A program made the position numbers and the translations under genes. From an uncultured bacterium (GTDB lineage Bacteria; Planctomycetota; UBA1135; GCA-002686595): a DNA stretch of 64,000 nucleotides. The notes beneath the pieces were generated by a model. That model was not told where the DNA came from. It saw only the letters and a program-made list of their open reading frames with translations, and ran no database searches. Location of the stretch: the NCBI GenBank assembly GCA_943787795.1, contig CALSNU010000004.1, positions 1-64,000 of the forward strand. Direction: 5' to 3'. Positions 57,725-64,000 of this stretch are shown one piece after another (the stretch's first letter is position 1; every line of letters starts with the position of its first letter).

Positions 57725-57981
57725 CTTCTTCTTCTCCTCCGGCCGCGGCCGCCACGACGGCGACGCTCACCTCGGCAGGTGATTCGGCCCTTGGTCAGGT
57801 CATAGGGGGACATCTCGACGGTGATCTTGTCGCCGGGGAGGATGCGGATGTAGTGCATCCGCATCTTGCCGGAGACGTGTGCGAGGATCTCGTGGCCGGA
57901 CTCCAGCTTCGCCCTGAATCGGGCGTTGGGCAGAGCCTCGGTAACGATGGCCTCGACGGTGATCGGTTCTTCCTTCGCCAT
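57721..57981 (-). CDS. infA: Translation initiation factor IF-1
   Basis: [36 protein letters not shown]. Confidence 0.97.
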   Translation of the reverse strand: MAKEEPITVEAIVTEALPNARFRAKLESGHEILAHVSGKMRMHYIRILPGDKITVEMSPYDLTKGRITCRGERRRRGGRGRRRRRR

Positions 57982-57987
57982 AGGTTG

Positions 57988-59358
57988 CTACTCGGTACCG
58001 CCTTCGGAGGCACCGTCAGGCTTGGTCCAGGACGCGTTGCCGCGGGCCTGTCCCTTGCGCTTGCCTGACCCACCGGCGGCGGGGCCACTCGGGGCCGCTC
58101 CGCCGTCGTAGGCCTTCATGACGAGCTGAGCCTGGAGCTTGTCGACAAGCTCGAGCGCAACACCCACGACGATCAGCACGCTGGTGCCGCCGAGGAAGTA
58201 ACGCATCTCCAGGGTCAGGTTGGAATTCTTGGTGATGAAGTTCGGGAGCACCGCGATGACGGCGAGGAACGCCGCGCCAGCAAGGGTGATCCGAGTCAAC
58301 ACACTTGACAGGTACTCGGCAGTCTTCGCTCCGGGGCGGATCCCCGGGATGAAGGAGCCGTTCTCCCTGAGGTTCTTCGCGATCTCGTCCGGCTGGAACA
58401 TCAGACGGTTCCAGAAGAAGCAGAACGAGAAGATGAGGACCAGGTAGATGGCCGTGTAGACGAAGCCTGTCGGGTCCTGGAACATCCGCGTTCCGTAGTC
58501 CCAGCCGACCCAGTCGAACAGGATGCCGGGGATCACGAAGAGGACCGAGGCGAAGATGATCGGCATGACGCCAGCCATGTTGACCTTCAGCGGCAGGAAG
58601 TGACGCTGTCCCCCATAGACGCGACGGCCGCGCTGCAGGCGTGCGTACTGGATCGGGATCCGTCGCGCCCCTTTGTGCATGAAGACCACCACGAAGATGG
58701 TCACGGCCCAGACGAGCAGGAGGAACACCATGATGTTCCAGAACTCGTCGCTCCCGCGCAGGTTGAGGATGCTCGAGGGCAGCGAGGCGATGATGCCCGC
58801 CATGATGATCAGCGAGGCGCCGTTTCCGACCCCGTACTCGGTGATGAGCTCACCGATCCACATCACGAGCAGCGCGCCGGTCACCAGAGCGCCGATGACG
58901 ATGAAGGCCAGAGCGACCTTGTTCCCCGCCATGGACGAGTCGAGCATCTCCGGACGCGCAAGGAAGACGCCGGTGTAGATGAAGATGGCCTGGACCAGCG
59001 CGATGGGCACGGTGGTCAAACGAGTCCACTGGGTGATCTTCTTCTGCCCCGCTGCGCCCTCCTTGGACACCGCCTCGAGGGCAGGTGACACCTTGGTGAG
59101 CATCGAGAAGATGATCGACGCCGAGATGAACGGCATGATCCCGAGGGAGAAGATCGTCTGGGAACCGATCGCCCCCCCCGACAGCGCGGACAGGAGGCCG
59201 AAGATCCCCTCGTTGGCCTGCTCGTCCAGATACTGGGGGCTCATCCCCGGGATGGGGATCTGAAAGCCGACCCTGTACGCGATCAGAAGGCCCAGCGTGC
59301 GAAAGATTCGCTGCCGGGTCTCCGGGATCTTGAACAGCTTGAGGAAGTTGTTCTCCAC
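57988..59358 (-). CDS. secY: Preprotein translocase SecY
   Basis: IFSLGIMPFISASII, WIGELITEYGVGNG, AGVMPIIFA, IPGIRPG, GGTSVLIVVGV; GTG start 59358. Confidence 0.97.
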   Translation of the reverse strand: MENNFLKLFKIPETRQRIFRTLGLLIAYRVGFQIPIPGMSPQYLDEQANEGIFGLLSALSGGAIGSQTIFSLGIMPFISASIIFSMLTKVSPALEAVSKEGAAGQKKITQWTRLTTVPIALVQAIFIYTGVFLARPEMLDSSMAGNKVALAFIVIGALVTGALLVMWIGELITEYGVGNGASLIIMAGIIASLPSSILNLRGSDEFWNIMVFLLLVWAVTIFVVVFMHKGARRIPIQYARLQRGRRVYGGQRHFLPLKVNMAGVMPIIFASVLFVIPGILFDWVGWDYGTRMFQDPTGFVYTAIYLVLIFSFCFFWNRLMFQPDEIAKNLRENGSFIPGIRPGAKTAEYLSSVLTRITLAGAAFLAVIAVLPNFITKNSNLTLEMRYFLGGTSVLIVVGVALELVDKLQAQLVMKAYDGGAAPSGPAAGGSGKRKGQARGNASWTKPDGASEGGTE

Positions 59359-59401
59359 TGGGTGTGTGCGGTGGTGGCCGAGGGGGGAAAGGGAGGGTGA
59401 A

Positions 59402-59881
59402 TCAGGCGTCGCTGGCGGCGGCCTCGCGGCCACGACCATCAAGCTCGACGACGGTGCCGCCGGCCTTCTCGATCTTCTCGCGTGCGGTCTTCGAGAAGCG
59501 CTGGGCGCGGACGGTCAGCTTGGTGCTGAGGTCGCCGTTCCCGAGGAGCTTGAGGAGCTCGGTGTTCTTGGACGCCAGGCCCTTGGCCAGGATCGCGTCG
59601 AGGTCGACGGTGGCGCCGTCATCAAACGAGTCCAGGAGACCCACGTTGAGGATCGTGTAGTCCGTACGGAAGCGAGCGTTGGTGAAGCCACGCTTAGGTA
59701 CCTGACGGTAGATCGGCATCTGGCCACCCTCGTAGCCAGCACGGCGGCTGGCACCCGAGCGCTGACCGCGACCCTTGTGGCCACGGCCGGAGGTCTTGCC
59801 ATTACCGCTACCGGTACCGCGACCCACGCGCTGGCGGGTCTCGTACTTGGTGCCCTTTGAGCAGACAGTCTTGAGGTCCAT
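59402..59881 (-). CDS. rplO: 50S ribosomal protein L15
   Basis: RVGRGTGSG.GKTSGRGHKG, EGGQMP, PKRGF. Confidence 0.98.
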   Translation of the reverse strand: MDLKTVCSKGTKYETRQRVGRGTGSGNGKTSGRGHKGRGQRSGASRRAGYEGGQMPIYRQVPKRGFTNARFRTDYTILNVGLLDSFDDGATVDLDAILAKGLASKNTELLKLLGNGDLSTKLTVRAQRFSKTAREKIEKAGGTVVELDGRGREAAASDA

Positions 59882-59916
59882 GTCTTCTTAGGTGTCTCGG
59901 AGGATGAGCGGCGGGA

Positions 59917-60429
59917 TCAGAGCTTCGTGCTCCGAAGCTCCTCGACCTGCTCCGGCGTGCGGAGCTGAGCGAGGGCGTCGAGCGTCGCCTTGACCAGGTT
60001 GATCGGGTTGGTGGAGCCCAGTGACTTCGAGAGCAGGTTCTTGATGCCCGCCATCTCGGCCACGGCGCGGACCGAGGTGCCGGCGATGATGCCAGTACCC
60101 TCGGAGGCGGGGATGAGCTTGATGCGCGCCGAGCAGAACTCGCCAATCACCTCGTGAGGGATCGACCCCTCCTTGGTGAGCGGGACCCGCTGGAGGTGCT
60201 TGCGACCATCCTTGTTGGCCTTCTCGATGGCACCGGGGACGCCCCGTGCCTTGCCGAAGCCGTAGCCCACGACGCCGCCGCGGTTGCCGACGACGCAAAG
60301 CCCGGAGAATGAGAAGCGGCGACCGCCCTTGACGACCGCTGCGCAGCGGTTGACCTGCAGCAGCTGCTCAGCGAGCTCGCCAGCCTCTTCGACCTCGCTA
60401 TGGTCGAGGTATTCGACGTGAGTCTTCAT
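59917..60429 (-). CDS. rpsE: 30S ribosomal protein S5
   Basis: VVKGGRRFSF, GTGIIAG, GSTNPIN. Confidence 0.98.
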   Translation of the reverse strand: MKTHVEYLDHSEVEEAGELAEQLLQVNRCAAVVKGGRRFSFSGLCVVGNRGGVVGYGFGKARGVPGAIEKANKDGRKHLQRVPLTKEGSIPHEVIGEFCSARIKLIPASEGTGIIAGTSVRAVAEMAGIKNLLSKSLGSTNPINLVKATLDALAQLRTPEQVEELRSTKL

Positions 60430-60456
60430 GGTTGTTCGTATGTGCGCGCGCGGCGA

Positions 60457-60828
60457 TCAGAGGGAGAGGCCGCCTTCACGGGCAGCATCAGCGAGGGCCT
60501 TCACGCGGCCGTGGTAGCGGGAGAAGCCGCGATCGAGCACGACGTTGGTGACATCCTTCTCCTTGGCGAGACGAGCGATCTCGGCGCCGATGACGGCGGC
60601 CTTCTCGGTCTTGGTCTTGCCCTGGAGCTGGTCGGCGAGCTTCTTCGACGTGGACGACACCGCGCAGAGCGTGTTGCCGGATCCGTCGTCGATGACCTGA
60701 GCCGAGATGTGCTTGGAGGAGCGATGCACGGAGAGCCGCGGGAGGCCCGAGTACTTGCCGATACGACGGCGGACGCTCTTGGCGCGCCGGTCCCGGCGCT
60801 TGTTCTTGAGTAGAAGGGTGGACTTCAT
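60457..60828 (-). CDS. rplR: 50S ribosomal protein L18
   Basis: PRLSVHRS, AQVIDD, YHGRVKALADAAREGGL. Confidence 0.98.
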   Translation of the reverse strand: MKSTLLLKNKRRDRRAKSVRRRIGKYSGLPRLSVHRSSKHISAQVIDDGSGNTLCAVSSTSKKLADQLQGKTKTEKAAVIGAEIARLAKEKDVTNVVLDRGFSRYHGRVKALADAAREGGLSL

Positions 60829-60845
60829 ATTGATGCAGCCTCGCG

Positions 60846-61391
60846 TCAGCTACCGAACGACTTGCCGGCCTTCCTCTTCACGTACTCGCCGTGGTACCGG
60901 ATGCCCTTGCCCTTGTAGGGCTCGGGCGGGCGGACAGCGCGGATGACGGCGGCCATCTGGCCGACCATCTGCTTGTCCGGTCCGGTCAGGACGATCTGTG
61001 TGGGGTTCGGGCAATCAGCCGAGACTCCGTCCGGCAGTTGGATGGGTACGTCGTGGCAGAAGCCGATGTTCAGGACCACCTTGGTGCCCTGGACCTTGGC
61101 GTTCCAACCGACACCGACGATCTCGAGCTTCTTCTCGAAGCCCTTGGTGACACCCTCAACCATGTTGTGGACGAGGGAGCGGGTGAGGCCGTGGTAGGCG
61201 CGGGCGGCGCGGGCCGCTCCGGAGCCGTTGACCGTGACGCAGGCAGCGCTGCCTTCCACCGCGACTTCGACCTCAGGCCGAAGGGTGATGGAGAGGGTGC
61301 CCTTGGGCCCCTTCACGTTCACGTCGCGTCCCTTGACGCTGACGTCGACGCCGCCGGGGATGGCGACGGGTGCTTTTCCGATACGAGACAT
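60846..61391 (-). CDS. rplF: 50S ribosomal protein L6
   Basis: MSRIGK, RPPEPYKGKGIRY. Confidence 0.98.
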   Translation of the reverse strand: MSRIGKAPVAIPGGVDVSVKGRDVNVKGPKGTLSITLRPEVEVAVEGSAACVTVNGSGAARAARAYHGLTRSLVHNMVEGVTKGFEKKLEIVGVGWNAKVQGTKVVLNIGFCHDVPIQLPDGVSADCPNPTQIVLTGPDKQMVGQMAAVIRAVRPPEPYKGKGIRYHGEYVKRKAGKSFGS

Positions 61392-61415
61392 TTCAGGATC
61401 CTCGGTGCAGCGTGA

Positions 61416-61811
61416 TCAGTAGACCTCGGCGAGAAGCTCGCCGCCGACGCCCATCTCTCGGGCCTTGCGGTCCGAGATCACGCCCTTGGGCGTGGAGACG
61501 ACGTGGATTCCCTGACCCCGAAGGACGGGCTTGAGTTCACGCTGGCCGGCATAGACGCGGCGACCAGGAGTGCTGACCCGCTGGATGGAGCGGATGACTT
61601 TCTCGCCATCCACGCCGTAGCGGAGGTCTACCGTGAGAGTGCTCGAGGGCTTCCCCTCCTCCACGGCGTAGTCTTGGATAAAGCCCTCGTCCTTGAGCAC
61701 GTTGGCAATGCCTACGCGCATACGAGAGGCCGGCATGGCAACGCTGGCGCGGCCAATCAGGTTGGCGTTCCTGATGCGCGTGAGCATGTCGGCGATAGGG
61801 TCGGTCATCAT
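61416..61811 (-). CDS. rpsH: 30S ribosomal protein S8
   Basis: DPIADMLTRIRNA, STPGRRVY, VGGE. Confidence 0.98.
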   Translation of the reverse strand: MMTDPIADMLTRIRNANLIGRASVAMPASRMRVGIANVLKDEGFIQDYAVEEGKPSSTLTVDLRYGVDGEKVIRSIQRVSTPGRRVYAGQRELKPVLRGQGIHVVSTPKGVISDRKAREMGVGGELLAEVY

Positions 61812-61842
61812 GGCTGTTGTTCTCCTTTGCCCTGTGCTGGCC

Positions 61843-62397
61843 TCAGGCCTTCTGGCTGCGGTCGATGAAGGGCATGCCGAGTTCCTTGAGCAGCATGTAG
61901 GCCTGCTCGTCGGTCTGGGCGGTGGTCACAAATGTGACGTCCATGCCCTGCTGGAACTCGATGCGGTCGAAGGGGATCTCGGGGAAGATCGACTGCTCGG
62001 AGATGCCGAGCGTGTAGTTGCCGCGGCCGTCAAGCTTGTCCTTGACCCCACGGAAGTCACGGATACGGGGGAGGACGACCGAGATCAGCCGGTCAGCGAA
62101 CTCCCACATCCGGTCCTGTCGAAGCGTGACCGCGCAGCCGATCGGCATCCCTTCGCGGAGCTTGAACCCGGCGATGGACTTCTTGGCGTTGCGAATCGTC
62201 GGCTTCTGGCCGGTCACTGTTCCCAGGTCGCGCGCGGCGGTCTCCACCTTGGACTTGGACTCGACGGCGCCCTGGACGCCCATGTTCACAACGATCTTCT
62301 CGAGACGAGGGATCGCGTGCAGGTTCTTGATCTCGAAGGCCTCCGAAAGCTTGCTTCGGACCTCCGATTGATACTTGGTTTTAAGGCGTGCAGCCAT
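61843..62397 (-). CDS. rplE: 50S ribosomal protein L5
   Basis: [28 protein letters not shown]. Confidence 0.98.
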   Translation of the reverse strand: MAARLKTKYQSEVRSKLSEAFEIKNLHAIPRLEKIVVNMGVQGAVESKSKVETAARDLGTVTGQKPTIRNAKKSIAGFKLREGMPIGCAVTLRQDRMWEFADRLISVVLPRIRDFRGVKDKLDGRGNYTLGISEQSIFPEIPFDRIEFQQGMDVTFVTTAQTDEQAYMLLKELGMPFIDRSQKA

Positions 62398-62447
62398 TGT
62401 TCTGGGACCGGTCGTTGTCGGTCCTGGATGGACTGGGGTTGAGTGGA

Positions 62448-62708
62448 CTAGTTCGACGCGGGACGCTTGCGCGTGCCCTTGCCGGTGGATGGATCGAGCA
62501 GCATCACGTTGCTCGCATGGATGGGGAACTCGCGCTCCACTCGGTCGCCCTGCGGGTTGGACTGAGTCGGCTTGACGTGCTTGGTCCGGACGTTGACGCC
62601 CGAGACCACCACTCGATTCGCGCTGAGCATCACGTCGACGACCTCGCCGGTGCTGCCCTTGTCGTTGCCAGAGATGACGATCACCTGGTCTCCGCGCTTG
62701 ACGTGCAT
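62448..62708 (-). CDS. rplX: 50S ribosomal protein L24
   Basis: [22 protein letters not shown]. Confidence 0.96.
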   Translation of the reverse strand: MHVKRGDQVIVISGNDKGSTGEVVDVMLSANRVVVSGVNVRTKHVKPTQSNPQGDRVEREFPIHASNVMLLDPSTGKGTRKRPASN

Positions 62709-63076
62709 CAGATGACCTCCTGAGCCAGCGAGACGATCTTCATGAAGCTGCGGTCGCGCAGCTCGCGGGCCACGGCCCCGAAGATGCGGGTGCCCTTGGG
62801 GTTCCCCTCTCCGTCGACCAGGACCAGAGCGTTCCGGTCGAACTTGACGTAGCTACCGTCGCCGCGGCGGGTGCTTTGCTTCACCCGGACGATGACGCCC
62901 TTCACGATGGTGCCCGTCTTCACTTCGGAGCCCGCGATGGACTTCTTCACCGAGGCCACGACGATGTCACCGAGGCCGGCGTAGCGCCGGTGTGTTCCTC
63001 CGAGAACCTTGATGCACTGCACCTGCTTGGCGCCGGTGTTGTCAGCCACATCGAGATAGGTCTGCATCTGAATCAT
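62708..63076 (-). CDS. rplN: 50S ribosomal protein L14
   Basis: [29 protein letters not shown]. Confidence 0.98.
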   Translation of the reverse strand: MIQMQTYLDVADNTGAKQVQCIKVLGGTHRRYAGLGDIVVASVKKSIAGSEVKTGTIVKGVIVRVKQSTRRGDGSYVKFDRNALVLVDGEGNPKGTRIFGAVARELRDRSFMKIVSLAQEVI

Positions 63077-63456
63077 GACGACACCTCCTCGGAGCCAGCG
63101 GACTCACCCCCCATCGCGTCAGCCGTGGCGGCTGCCTGAACCTGACCGGGCTTGAGCGCACCGGCCGGGAGCGAGGGGCGCTCGACGACGCGGACCAGGC
63201 GATAACGCTTGGTCTTGGAAAGGGGGCGGCACTCCATGACCTCAACGCGGTCGCCGGTGGCAGCCTCGTTGTTCTCGTCATGAACGTGAACCTTGGAGTG
63301 GCGCCGGATGTACTTCTTGTACTTCGGGTGCTTGAACTTCCGCTCGACGCGGATGGTGATGGACTTGTCCATCGCGTCGCTTGAGACAGTTCCTTCGAGC
63401 ACGCGGCGGCTGTTGCGCGCCTGCTCGGAGTTGGTGTCTGTGGTGGTGTCGGTCAT
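63073..63456 (-). CDS. rpsQ: 30S ribosomal protein S17
   Basis: [25 protein letters not shown]. Confidence 0.97.
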   Translation of the reverse strand: MTDTTTDTNSEQARNSRRVLEGTVSSDAMDKSITIRVERKFKHPKYKKYIRRHSKVHVHDENNEAATGDRVEVMECRPLSKTKRYRLVRVVERPSLPAGALKPGQVQAAATADAMGGESAGSEEVSS

Positions 63457-63528
63457 CGCTTCGTGGCCGCCGCGAGCGGAGCCATGGGCTGAGGAAGGAT
63501 TCGTGTGGGGCGTCTACGCGGAGGGGCG

Positions 63529-63741
63529 TTACTTGGCGGCCGCGCCACGGACGCCAGTGGCGCGCTCGTGGAGAATGGTCTGGATGCGCGCCACGGAGCG
63601 GCGCAGATCCCGGACTCGGCCGGTGTTGGAGTCGGTCCCCATCGAGGCGCGGAAGCGCGCATCAAAGAGTTCCTTCTTGAGGTTCGTCATGTCGAACTCG
63701 AGCTCCGAGTCCGTCTTGGCGCGGATGTCTTCGATCTTCAT
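63529..63741 (-). CDS. rpmC: 50S ribosomal protein L29
   Basis: LKKELFDARF, RRSVARIQTIL; position after rplP. Confidence 0.95.
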   Translation of the reverse strand: MKIEDIRAKTDSELEFDMTNLKKELFDARFRASMGTDSNTGRVRDLRRSVARIQTILHERATGVRGAAAK

Positions 63742-63750
63742 GTCTTGCGA

Positions 63751-64000
63751 TCAGGTCGTCGGCGTACGCCGGACCATGCGGACCTTGACGGGCATCTTGT
63801 GGGCGATGCGCTTGAACGCGAGCTTCGCCTTGTCCTCGGTCACGTTGCCGAGCTCGAACAGAATGGTTCCCGGCCTCACCTCGGCCGCCCAGAAGTCGAT
63901 GTCACCTTTACCTTTACCCATCCGAGTCTCGGCGGGCTTGGAGGAGATCGGCTTGTCAGGGAAGACGCGGATCCAGATCTTGGCCGCGCCCTGAGTGGCA
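63751..64000 (-). CDS. rplP: 50S ribosomal protein L16, partial (3' end)
   Basis: Manual translation [26 protein letters not shown]...[15 protein letters not shown]; stop at 63751. Confidence 0.96.
   Translation of the reverse strand, partial: ATQGAAKIWIRVFPDKPISSKPAETRMGKGKGDIDFWAAEVRPGTILFELGNVTEDKAKLAFKRIAHKMPVKVRMVRRTPTT

Overview
GC-rich bacterial chromosome segment, most genes on the minus strand. The RpoA N-terminus (MRIRWRNFELP) suggests Planctomycetota (inference only). The right half is housekeeping: the end of the S10/spc/alpha ribosomal cluster (rplP to rplQ, with adk moved behind rplQ, and no rpsN, rpmD or map), dnaE, an N-acylornithine carbamoyltransferase, tRNA-Arg(ACG)-tadA-2x tRNA-Ser-SRP RNA-dnaX-ybaB-recR-rpoN-truA-hpf-ptsN-HPr, rne, rplU-rpmA-obgE. 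The left ~39 kb carries a dispersed type IV filament system. It has pilin, PilC, PilB, PilT, a PilU-like ATPase, PilD, PilM, PilN, an apparent PilO-PilP fusion, a secretin with a doubled N0-like domain, two tandem GspC-like TM-HR-PDZ proteins and an OmpA/MotB lipoprotein. These are linked to four large paralogous Ig-like lipoproteins, one partial and one glycine-rich; the three complete ones end in a similar C-terminal motif. The best novelty candidates are (i) this possible T4P/T2SS hybrid with its putative surface cargo and (ii) an aspartate carbamoyltransferase fused to a PyrI-type Zn module and an Ada-like domain, carrying an inserted QLSLF clamp-type motif. No CRISPR array or mobile element was seen. 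All domain calls come from motif reading, not database searches.
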